Assembly: GCA_963667255.1 (NCBI GenBank)
Contig: OY762940.1
Span: 960,001 to 1,024,000, forward strand
DNA length: 64,000 nucleotides
DNA from: Candidatus Cloacimonadota bacterium
Lineage (GTDB): Bacteria > Cloacimonadota > Cloacimonadia > G963667145
Direction: 5' to 3'
Part shown: positions 40,158 through 49,442 of the stretch, piece after piece
Numbering within the stretch: the stretch's first letter is position 1
Layout: each line of letters begins with the position of its first letter
Notes under the pieces: generated by a model
Database searches by the model: none
Told to the model about the DNA's origin: nothing
What the model saw: only the letters and a program-made list of their open reading frames with translations
Program-made: the position numbers and the translations under genes

Positions 40158-41268
40158 GGGAGCGTGCATTTAATTGGGTCTAATTTCCACTCCTTTTGAA
40201 TAATTATTGAACCAAATTTTCAAAAAATGATTCATATTTTTTTCAGATTTAAATCCGTCTAAATTTTTTAATTTCCTATTCAATTGTCGATTAATATTTT
40301 CAATTTTATTTGTTGTTTTATCCAAAAAATCGTAATGAAAATGAGCAGTTAATAAACCAAAGTTTCGATTAATTGATTTAATAAAACGCTTATGAATTTT
40401 TAGGCGAAAAAATTTTTCATAGTGATTAAGCGAACTTAAATTATTTTCAGCTTCTTGTAAAGTTTCAGCATTTAAAATGCTCTTAATCAAGTTCTTAAAG
40501 AAAATATTTCGTCTAAAAAACTTACTCTTTTTTGTTTTAGGAACATTGATATTAACGCTTCTTAAATAATGAACCAAGCAAATTTGATGTGGAACATCTT
40601 CAAAAAGTTGGTTAACTGGCTTAACAAAGCACTTCCCTCGCCCAAAATCTGACACAATCCCAATTATTTTGTTGTCATACATTTTTTTTAGTCTATTCAA
40701 AAAGTCTTCAGATGAACTACTATGTTCTCTATCATAAATCTTGTAATATATTGGTTTATCAAGTAGTTTGCTACTGGCGACTAAGACAACTTTTCGCTTA
40801 CCGTTTATCTTAATTTCCTTGCCATCAATATAAATTGTTGTCTCATCTATATTGCTGTGTAACACATTATCCTGATATAAATTAGCTCGCTGAGGTATCC
40901 AATTAAGAGTACTATTTTTACAAATCCCATGTCTTTTAGCAACTTCAGAAAGAGAACTTTTGGTTGAAATATAGTCAGTAACAACCTTATCTTTGAATTT
41001 TGGTGCAAAATGAGTTCTCTTATTATATCCAAAATTGGTAAAACTTATTTGGCAATCTTTACAATAAAATCGTTGAGTTTTGACTTTAATTTTCCCACGA
41101 TTAGTTGTTCTTTCAGAGAAAATATATCCCTTCTTTTTTGTGTTTAAGCTATCACAATTTGGACAGCGTTTTTTTTGATTATACTCATGGCATTTTAATA
41201 AATGTTCATAACTTATTCTGTCAAACATAATTAGGTCTTATTTCAGACCCAGTTATTTGCACACTCCC
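40158..41268 (-). mobile_element. IS256-like insertion sequence, copy 1 (1111 bp)
   Basis: Ends GGGAGTGTGCA / TGCACGCTCCC, 8-bp target duplication ATTATTTC. Confidence 0.92.
40170..41228 (-). CDS. Transposase (Zn-ribbon plus HTH plus Mutator/IS256-like DDE)
   Basis: CPNC..CKDC, IYIDG, IVSD, QICLVH and TTNKIENIN motifs. Confidence 0.88.
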   Translation of the reverse strand: MFDRISYEHLLKCHEYNQKKRCPNCDSLNTKKKGYIFSERTTNRGKIKVKTQRFYCKDCQISFTNFGYNKRTHFAPKFKDKVVTDYISTKSSLSEVAKRHGICKNSTLNWIPQRANLYQDNVLHSNIDETTIYIDGKEIKINGKRKVVLVASSKLLDKPIYYKIYDREHSSSSEDFLNRLKKMYDNKIIGIVSDFGRGKCFVKPVNQLFEDVPHQICLVHYLRSVNINVPKTKKSKFFRRNIFFKNLIKSILNAETLQEAENNLSSLNHYEKFFRLKIHKRFIKSINRNFGLLTAHFHYDFLDKTTNKIENINRQLNRKLKNLDGFKSEKNMNHFLKIWFNNYSKGVEIRPN

Positions 41269-41739
41269 ATTATTTCCTTTTTTTATTCTATCTTTTCTTA
41301 AACTTATTACTAATAAGAATATTAAATCTAAAATATGGTCTGCATTTACGAAAAATCTATCATGGGGAAAATATTTAAAAATATCAGAAAATTATGCTCA
41401 AGAAAGGTTACCTAATTGTATAAACAGAAGGGCATTGTCGTGCTTGAAATCGCATATCAAAAATGGCGATAAAGTTGTTATTATTTCAGCTTCTTTTTCT
41501 GAATGGATAACACCTTGGGCAGATAAGCAAGGTGTTGAAAAAGTTATTTCTTCCAAGATGGAAATAAAAAATGGCAAAATAACTGGGGAAATTTTACACA
41601 ATTGTTATGGGGAAATTAAGGTTGACGATTTATTGAAATATTATCCAAAAGTCAAAGAAAATTATACAATTGCTTATGGAGACAGTAAAGGAGATTTGCC
41701 TTTGTTGAATTTTGTAGATGAAGGATATTTTAGGAAATT

Positions 41740-42921
41740 TTGATGGAAAATTATGCGATTGTCTCTTCTTCTCATACTCGTAAAGCACTTGTATTTATAA
41801 GGGCTTTGGGTGAGGCAAAAATAAATGTTTGGACATTGGGAGATTCTTTTTTTTGTGTGGGATTTTGGTCAAAATTTTGTAGAAAATATTTTGTAACTAA
41901 AAAAAATAGATTTTTTGATGCGAAAATAAACAGATTAATAGCAACCAAAAATACTGAAGATAAATTTGTATTTTGTCCAATGGAAGAAGAAGATATTGTT
42001 TGGCTCTATGATAATAAAAATATTTTGCATAACAAAATAAGGTATTTGATTCCCCCCAAAAAAAGTTTTAATATAGCTGTTAGCAAGAGCTTAACTGCAG
42101 TATTTGCTTTTGAACAAGGGATTGATACTCCAGAGACTTTTTCGTTTGAAAATTTGGAAGAATTTAAGCATAAATTGAAAAATATTGATTGCGATAATTA
42201 CATAGTCAAGCCAAACAAGGGGAGAGGTTCATTGGGAATAGTTTATGGAAGCAATTTTTTTAGAACTGATTGGGATAAACATTGGAATAAGTTTGGTAAT
42301 TTACTTATACAAGAGAGAATAGATAGTAGTGGTTTTGGTTTTGGTGTTGGAATGTTATTTGATCAGAATTCTGAGTGCATAGCAAGATTTGTTCATAAAA
42401 GGCAGCAACAATTTCCTAATTCAGGTGGTCCTAGCACTGATAGAATTGGCATAAAAAATGATTATTTATTAAACAAAAGTGCGGAACTTTTAAAAAAGCT
42501 TGATTGGGTCGGCTTTGCGATGGTGGAATGGAAACATGACCCCGCACAAAACAAATATTTTTTATTGGAAATTAATCCTCGTACATGGGGAAGTATGGCT
42601 TTGGCTGTAAAGTCAGGGGTAAATTTCCCTTTACTTTACTTTAAATTATGTCTTGAGGAAAAGGTAAAAGCAATTTTAGATTACAAAACAAATATGAGAA
42701 GTAAATGGACTTTTCCTGGGGATATTTTAAGATTTTTGACTCAAGAAAGAAAGAAACGAGAGAAATTTTGTGAATTTTGTAGAGAAAACTATTTGTATAG
42801 CGAAGAGTTAGATATAAAAGATATTAGAGGAAGTATTGCTACTATTGTTTGCCAATTCTTTTTATTTTTTAAACCAGAAAATTTTAAAACTGTGGTTTTT
42901 AAATTATTTTTTAAGGGATAA
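41740..42921 (+). CDS. ATP-grasp enzyme (polysaccharide-locus amine ligase type)
   Basis: IVKP..GRGSLG, LIQERI, GGPS, VEWK and LEINPR motifs. Confidence 0.85.
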   Translation: MMENYAIVSSSHTRKALVFIRALGEAKINVWTLGDSFFCVGFWSKFCRKYFVTKKNRFFDAKINRLIATKNTEDKFVFCPMEEEDIVWLYDNKNILHNKIRYLIPPKKSFNIAVSKSLTAVFAFEQGIDTPETFSFENLEEFKHKLKNIDCDNYIVKPNKGRGSLGIVYGSNFFRTDWDKHWNKFGNLLIQERIDSSGFGFGVGMLFDQNSECIARFVHKRQQQFPNSGGPSTDRIGIKNDYLLNKSAELLKKLDWVGFAMVEWKHDPAQNKYFLLEINPRTWGSMALAVKSGVNFPLLYFKLCLEEKVKAILDYKTNMRSKWTFPGDILRFLTQERKKREKFCEFCRENYLYSEELDIKDIRGSIATIVCQFFLFFKPENFKTVVFKLFFKG

Positions 42922-42923
42922 TA

Positions 42924-43771
42924 ATGAAAAATATAATGACGATAGATTTGGAAGAGTGGTTTCATTTTAATACTTCTGATGTTGAAATTTCTAAGGATGT
43001 TTATTCTAAGGTTAGAGTGGTAGATGCTACAAAAGTGATTTTGGATTTATTCGAACAATATAAAGTAAAAGCTACTTTTTTTTGCCTTGAATATGTCGCG
43101 AGTAAGTATCCTGATTTGATTAAACTTATATCTGAAAAGGGTCATGAAATAGCTTCGCATGGTATTAACCACAAACTTGTTTACGAGCAGACACCAGAAG
43201 AGTTTGAGCAAGAGATAAAAAAGTCCGTAGATATTTTGGAGCAGATAACTGGGAAAAAAGTGCTGGGATTCCGAGCTCCTTCATGGTCAATTACCAAAAA
43301 ATCTTTGTGGGCGTTGCAAGTTTTACAAGATTTAGGATTAAAATATGATGCTAGCGTTTTCCCTATTAAGACTTTTTTGTTTGGGATTCCAGATGCCCCC
43401 AGAAAACCTTATTATCCTGAATATAATGGCAAAAAGTTAGAAATTTTGGAAATCCCATGTCAACTTTGGAAATTTTTGGCAAAAGATTACCTTTTTCGGG
43501 AGGATTTTATTTTAGAGTTTTACCTAATTTTTTTGTTAAATGGGGAATTCGTCATTCAAATAATCAAAGTAGACAAGTTTTATTTTACCTTCATCCGAAA
43601 GAGGTAGATAGGGATTGTCCAAAAATTAATGGGTTGGATTTTAATAACAGAATAATTCTTTATGCGGGAATTAAAAATTGCAAAAAGAAGTTTGAAAATA
43701 TTTTGCAAAATTTTGAATTCGATTCGATTAAGAATCAATTGAATGATATAAAGTCTGGAATTGTAATTTAA
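42924..43771 (+). pseudogene. Polysaccharide deacetylase with DUF3473 tail, split by a 1-nt frameshift near 43455
   Basis: TIDLEEW, HEIASHG, GFRAPSWS and YDAS in frame 1. PFSGGFYFR and YLHP continue in the overlapping ORF 43457-43771. Confidence 0.82.
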
Positions 43772-43941
43772 TCTTAATAAGTCCGTTCACTTTCTCTTCA
43801 TTAAGTGTTGACATTCATATCGCAAAATTATAAAAATCTCCATTTGTTGAAATTTAGTTGGAAAACAAGAAGTTAGGGCGTTTTATTTTGGTAATTAATT
43901 TCTTAATTCTTAAGTTTTTTTAATAAATGAAGGTAAAATAA

Positions 43942-45849
43942 ATGAAGAAAAAAAAGAATGATAAACACAAAAAACAGATTTGTGCGAGTAAAACTGTTGG
44001 TCCTGTTGAGGATTTGGAGAGGTATTTGCATTCGGACTGGTGGAAGCGACTTTTCAATTCTATCTATTTGAAAACTGATGCTGATGTCTTGGATAATGAG
44101 CTTATCACAGTCAGAGAGATGTCGTTATTTAAGAAAATTTTGGGGATAAAAAGTGGTGAGTCGCTTTTGGATATAGCGTGTGGACAAGGAAGACATCTGA
44201 TAGAGTTGGCGAAAGACGATTCGTATTTATTGTCCGGAATAGACCGTTCCAGATACCTTATCCAGCGAGCGAAAAATAATTGCAAGCGAAAAGGGTTGTC
44301 CGTAAATTTCAAAGAGGGAGATGCACGGAAATTGCCTTTTGATACGGATAGCTTTGATTACATCACAATTTTGGGGAATAGTTTTGGATATTTCGAAACT
44401 GCCGAAGACGATGTGAAGGTGCTTAAAGAGATTTTTCGTGTATTGAAGCCGGGTGGTAAATTGCTGATGGATGTGGCAGATGGCAAATTTTTACGGGAGA
44501 ATTTTGCTGCCAGAAGTTGGGAGTGGATAGACAAGAAGTATTTCGTTTGTCGTGAGCGGTCTCTGGCTGCAGATAACGAGAGGTTGATTTCTCGTGAGGT
44601 GGTAACGCATACGGAAAAGGGCGTTGTGGTTGACCAGTTTTATGCTGAGCGACTCTATGATAAGAAAACTTTGTCCGAACTTGCACTGAGAGCTGGTTTC
44701 CAAGAGAGCATCTTTTACGACAATCTGGAACTGGAATCGATGGACAGCAAAGATTTGGGAATGATGTCCAACAGGATAATTTTGGTGGGGACCGCTACTA
44801 AAGAGTGGACTCCCAAAAAATCTACGAAGAATGTGAAGAATGTTGTCGTGATAATGGGCGACCCGAAATTGAACGATATCGTGAAGCCTGATGCCAAATT
44901 TGATTCTGACGATTTTGCCACTATTGATAGACTGAAGTTGGCTCTTGGCAAGATTAAGGGCTACGAATTTAGTTATTTGGATAATCACAGCACACTCATA
45001 AGCGACTGCGACAGATTGAAAGGCAGCACGGATTTGGTGTTAAATCTTTGTGATGAGGGGTTTAATAACGATGCCAAAAAAGAGTTGCATGTGCCGTCTC
45101 TGCTGGAGATGTTCAATTTGCCATATACAGGCTCAAATCCGCAAACGCTCGCTTATTGTTATGATAAATCGCTCATCAGAGGTATCGCCAACGAGATAGA
45201 TGTGCCGGTTGCAGACGCTTTTGTGATTACGGCGGACAGCAATTTGTATGAACTCAATATCTCTTTCCCCGTGATAGCCAAGCCGAACTTCGGAGATTCC
45301 AGTTTTGGGATTACGCAGAAAAATGTGGCGAATAATATCGAAGAGTTGATGAATGCGATTGTTAGGATTAAGGAGCAGTTTGATTACGAAAATCCGATTT
45401 TGGTGGAAGAGTTTTTGACTGGAGCAGAGGTGACTTTGGGGATAATTGGTAATGCGGACAACAACATGGTCTTGCCGATTATTGAGGAAGATTATTCCGA
45501 CTTGCCCGAGGGTTTGCCGAGAATTTGTGGGTATGAAGCGAAGTGGTTGCAGGACTCTCCTTATATGAAAAATCTGAAATCGATTAGAGCGAATCTCGAT
45601 TTGGAGACAGAGCAACAGTTGATTAGGCACAGTTTGAAGTTGTTTAGACGATTGGGTTGTCGAGACTATTGCCGTTTTGATTGGCGACTGAACGCTGACG
45701 GTAACCCGAAATTGTTGGAAGTGAATCCGAACCCAGGATGGTGTTGGGACGGACATATGGCGAAGATGAGCAAGTTTGCGGATATGGACTATTCGCAGAT
45801 GTTGGAGAACATTCTCAAGGCTGCCGAGCAGAGATATAATTTGAATTGA
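43942..45849 (+). CDS. Class I SAM methyltransferase fused to D-Ala-D-Ala-ligase-like ATP-grasp domain
   Basis: LDIACGQGRH and NSFGYF. PYTGS, KP..GDSSFG, EEFLTG, RFDWR and LEVNPNPG. Confidence 0.88.
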   Translation: MKKKKNDKHKKQICASKTVGPVEDLERYLHSDWWKRLFNSIYLKTDADVLDNELITVREMSLFKKILGIKSGESLLDIACGQGRHLIELAKDDSYLLSGIDRSRYLIQRAKNNCKRKGLSVNFKEGDARKLPFDTDSFDYITILGNSFGYFETAEDDVKVLKEIFRVLKPGGKLLMDVADGKFLRENFAARSWEWIDKKYFVCRERSLAADNERLISREVVTHTEKGVVVDQFYAERLYDKKTLSELALRAGFQESIFYDNLELESMDSKDLGMMSNRIILVGTATKEWTPKKSTKNVKNVVVIMGDPKLNDIVKPDAKFDSDDFATIDRLKLALGKIKGYEFSYLDNHSTLISDCDRLKGSTDLVLNLCDEGFNNDAKKELHVPSLLEMFNLPYTGSNPQTLAYCYDKSLIRGIANEIDVPVADAFVITADSNLYELNISFPVIAKPNFGDSSFGITQKNVANNIEELMNAIVRIKEQFDYENPILVEEFLTGAEVTLGIIGNADNNMVLPIIEEDYSDLPEGLPRICGYEAKWLQDSPYMKNLKSIRANLDLETEQQLIRHSLKLFRRLGCRDYCRFDWRLNADGNPKLLEVNPNPGWCWDGHMAKMSKFADMDYSQMLENILKAAEQRYNLN

Positions 45850-45867
45850 TGTAAAGATATTTGTGGA

Positions 45868-45896
45868 ACGCTATCGAATTTCGGTAGCGTTTTTTT
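45868..45896 (+). terminator. Intrinsic terminator
   Basis: ACGCTATCGA-att-TCGGTAGCGT-TTTTTT. Confidence 0.75.
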
Positions 45897-45973
45897 GTGC
45901 AGATTTTTTTATTTGACAGATGGAGTGCACAAGAGAAGAAAAGCAAGAGTGAAATGAAAATTGTGAGGGAGTT

Positions 45974-46858
45974 ATGTTGAAAACTTTAGTCATCGGTGCC
46001 ACGAATATTGATATGTTTGTGCATACCGATTCCGATTATTTGTTGCACGATTCCAATCCGGCGAAAATCCAAACTGCTTTTGGTGGTGTAGCCTGCAATG
46101 TCGCTGTCAATCTGGCTTTGCTTGGGAACTGCATCTCTTTTATCACTGCGATAGGAGGCGACACATACGGAGTCTTGGCTGAAAATTACTTGCGAGATTT
46201 TGGTATCAACATTGACGAAAGCCTCAGGCTCGAAGACGGGAGTAGTAGCGTTTATCTCGGGATTATGGACAGAGAGAACGACCTTTTCCTCGGTGTGAAC
46301 GATATGCAAATTTGCAAAAGTTTGGAAGTTGCGTTCTTTGAGAAGAAAGCTGATTTTATCCGAAACTTCGATATTTTGGTTATTGATAACAATCTCGAAT
46401 ATGATGCGTTGGAATATCTGCTGAAGACATACAGAAGGAAACAAATTGTTGTGGATGCTGTGAGTGCCAAAAAGGTTGGGAAGTTGGGGAATTTGCTGGA
46501 GTATATAACTCTGCTAAAATTGAACAGAATAGAACTGATTGAACTCTCGAATAGAGAAACAACGGAGCAGAAAATTGCTGAACTTTTGGAACGGGGATTG
46601 GCTCAAGCACTTGTTACCAATTCGGCGGAAGAGATTATTTACAAATCGAAAGATGAATTTTTCACGGCAATGCCGATAGTAGAGCAGAAAATCGCAAACG
46701 CTTCTGGAGCCGGCGATGCTTTTTTGTCGGGATTTACGCACGGAATTATTCATCACAGAAAGGTTGGAGATTGCCTTGAAATTGCCAAGAAAACAGCATC
46801 TTTGACATTGCAGTCAACAAATTCCATAAATACAGAAATTAAAAAAATGAGGTTTTAA
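45974..46858 (+). CDS. psuK: PfkB-family kinase, probable pseudouridine kinase
   Basis: GGVACNVA, KLNRIE and GAGDAF motifs, adjacent to psuG. Confidence 0.82.
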   Translation: MLKTLVIGATNIDMFVHTDSDYLLHDSNPAKIQTAFGGVACNVAVNLALLGNCISFITAIGGDTYGVLAENYLRDFGINIDESLRLEDGSSSVYLGIMDRENDLFLGVNDMQICKSLEVAFFEKKADFIRNFDILVIDNNLEYDALEYLLKTYRRKQIVVDAVSAKKVGKLGNLLEYITLLKLNRIELIELSNRETTEQKIAELLERGLAQALVTNSAEEIIYKSKDEFFTAMPIVEQKIANASGAGDAFLSGFTHGIIHHRKVGDCLEIAKKTASLTLQSTNSINTEIKKMRF

Positions 46859-46861
46859 GAT

Positions 46862-47824
46862 ATGCAAAAGAGTTATATAGAATGTAGCGAAGAGGTCGCC
46901 AAGGCGATAAAAAATAACTTACAGATTGTTGCTCTGGAATCGACGATAATCTCGCATGGGATGCCTTATCCCGAGAATGTGCAAACGGCTTTGAATTGTG
47001 AGAAGATTATCAGAGATGCGGGAGTTGTGCCGGCGACGATAGCGATTTTGGATGGGAAATTGAAGGTTGGTCTTAGTGAAGAGGAGATAGATTTTCTTGG
47101 TAAGGAGGGCACGAAGATTCAGAAAACTTCCCGACGGGATATTGCCTATAATGTTGCTAACAAGATAGATGGGGCGACCACCGTGAGTGCGACGATGTTC
47201 ATTGCTTCTCTTGCCGGAATAGAGATTTTTGCCACGGGTGGAATAGGTGGAGTGCATCGTGGAGCGGAAACGACGATGGATATTAGTGCCGATTTGGAAG
47301 AGCTTGCGAAAACCAGTGTAGCTGTGGTGGCAGCTGGAGCGAAGAGCATTCTTGATTTGGGGCTGACACTTGAATACTTGGAAACCAAAGGCGTTCCGGT
47401 CATCGGATACAAGACGAAAATTTTGCCTGCGTTTTATTGTGCCGAGAGCGATTTTGAGGTCAATTTCAAGATTGATACTGCATCGGAGATTGCCCAGTTG
47501 CTCCACACGAAAAAAGGGCTTGGTTTGGATGGTGGCACGCTGATAACAAATCCTGTTCCGAGCGATATGTCGATGGACAAAGATTTCATCGATAATGTCA
47601 TCAACGAGGCGATAGAGGAGATGAGGACTCTCGGGATTAAAGGCAAAGAGACGACGCCTTTTCTCTTGAGTAAAATAGCCTCAATCACAGAGGGGAAATC
47701 GCTGGAGACGAACATCGCTTTGGTTTATAATAATTGCCGATTGGCAGCGGAGATTAGTAGGGAGTTGAAGAGGTTGAGTAAAGGGCAAGGGAAGAAGTTT
47801 TTATTTGACAGAAATTTATTATAA
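46862..47824 (+). CDS. psuG: Pseudouridine-5'-phosphate glycosidase
   Basis: VALESTIISHGMPYP, ATTVSAT, GGIGGVHRG, DISADL and GAKSILD motifs. Confidence 0.96.
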   Translation: MQKSYIECSEEVAKAIKNNLQIVALESTIISHGMPYPENVQTALNCEKIIRDAGVVPATIAILDGKLKVGLSEEEIDFLGKEGTKIQKTSRRDIAYNVANKIDGATTVSATMFIASLAGIEIFATGGIGGVHRGAETTMDISADLEELAKTSVAVVAAGAKSILDLGLTLEYLETKGVPVIGYKTKILPAFYCAESDFEVNFKIDTASEIAQLLHTKKGLGLDGGTLITNPVPSDMSMDKDFIDNVINEAIEEMRTLGIKGKETTPFLLSKIASITEGKSLETNIALVYNNCRLAAEISRELKRLSKGQGKKFLFDRNLL

Positions 47825-48331
47825 TAAGAAGTTTCGATGAATTTAATCAAATTTATAGGTAAGCTATATGGAGAATAAAGAAATAGAAAATATTAAACCT
47901 ATTTTGCATACTAAAGAAGTACTTTTTGAAGATGATTTTGAAATTGAGTATCAAGTCTTACCTGCATTTTCTCCTGAAGAAATACAAAAGAAAGATATAG
48001 CTGAGAAAATTGCAAAAATTGATGCAATAAGCGAAGAAATAGAAGAAAAAATTTCAAACTTAAATATAAATATTGGGAGTGTGCAAATAACTGGGTCTGA
48101 AATAAGACCTAATTATGTTTGACAGAATAAGTTATGAACATTTATTAAAATGCCATGAGTATAATCAAAAAAAACGCTGTCCAAATTGTGATAGCTTAAA
48201 CACAAAAAAGAAGGGATATATTTTCTCTGAAAGAACAACTAATCGTGGGAAAATTAAAGTCAAAACTCAACGATTTTATTGTAAAGATTGCCAAATAAGT
48301 TTTACCAATTTTGGATATAATAAGAGAACTC

Positions 48332-49442
48332 GGGAGTGTGCAAATAACTGGGTCTGAAATAAGACCTAATTATGTTTGACAGAATAAGTTATGAACATTT
48401 ATTAAAATGCCATGAGTATAATCAAAAAAAACGCTGTCCAAATTGTGATAGCTTAAACACAAAAAAGAAGGGATATATTTTCTCTGAAAGAACAACTAAT
48501 CGTGGGAAAATTAAAGTCAAAACTCAACGATTTTATTGTAAAGATTGCCAAATAAGTTTTACCAATTTTGGATATAATAAGAGAACTCATTTTGCACCAA
48601 AATTCAAAGATAAGGTTGTTACTGACTATATTTCAACCAAAAGTTCTCTTTCTGAAGTTGCTAAAAGACATGGGATTTGTAAAAATAGTATTCTTAATTG
48701 GATACCTCAGCGAGCTAATTTATATCAGGATAATGTGTTACACAGCAATATAGATGAGACAACAATTTATATTGATGGCAAGGAAATTAAGATAAACGGT
48801 AAGCGAAAAGTTGTCTTAGTCGCCAGTAGCAAACTACTTGATAAACCAATATATTACAAGATTTATGATAGAGAACATAGTAGTTCATCTGAAGACTTTT
48901 TGAATAGACTAAAAAAAATGTATGACAACAAAATAATTGGGATTGTGTCAGATTTTGGGCGAGGGAAGTGCTTTGTTAAGCCAGTTAACCAACTTTTTGA
49001 AGATGTTCCACATCAAATTTGCTTGGTTCATTATTTAAGAAGCGTTAATATCAATGTTCCTAAAACAAAAAAGAGTAAGTTTTTTAGACGAAATATTTTC
49101 TTTAAGAACTTGATTAAGAGCATTTTAAATGCTGAAACTTTACAAGAAGCTGAAAATAATTTAAGTTCGCTTAATCACTATGAAAAATTTTTTCGCCTAA
49201 AAATTCATAAGCGTTTTATTAAATCAATTAATCGAAACTTTGGTTTATTAACTGCTCATTTTCATTACGATTTTTTGGATAAAACAACAAATAAAATTGA
49301 AAATATTAATCGACAATTGAATAGGAAATTAAAAAATTTAGACGGATTTAAATCTGAAAAAAATATGAATCATTTTTTGAAAATTTGGTTCAATAATTAT
49401 TCAAAAGGAGTGGAAATTAGACCCAATTAAATGCACGCTCCC
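48332..49442 (+). mobile_element. IS256-like copy 3 (inner, intact)
   Basis: Target duplication GAGAACTC at 48324 and 49443. Confidence 0.93.
48372..49430 (+). CDS. Transposase of inner IS copy
   Basis: 352 aa, identical to 40170-41228 except KNSIL vs KNSTL. Confidence 0.9.
   Translation: MFDRISYEHLLKCHEYNQKKRCPNCDSLNTKKKGYIFSERTTNRGKIKVKTQRFYCKDCQISFTNFGYNKRTHFAPKFKDKVVTDYISTKSSLSEVAKRHGICKNSILNWIPQRANLYQDNVLHSNIDETTIYIDGKEIKINGKRKVVLVASSKLLDKPIYYKIYDREHSSSSEDFLNRLKKMYDNKIIGIVSDFGRGKCFVKPVNQLFEDVPHQICLVHYLRSVNINVPKTKKSKFFRRNIFFKNLIKSILNAETLQEAENNLSSLNHYEKFFRLKIHKRFIKSINRNFGLLTAHFHYDFLDKTTNKIENINRQLNRKLKNLDGFKSEKNMNHFLKIWFNNYSKGVEIRPN

Larger units (their letters stand above)
40037..41743 (+). 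pseudogene. HAD-IB family hydrolase interrupted by IS256-like element
   Basis: MNKLVIFDFDNTIT at 40037. After removing the IS and the ATTATTTC duplicate, the frame joins ISAS...NCYGEIK...AYGDSKGD. Confidence 0.9.

Noticed and set aside
48115..48357. ORFs 48115-48357 and 49597-50292 as independent genes
   Set aside because: They are the two halves of the outer IS transposase, split by the inner copy.
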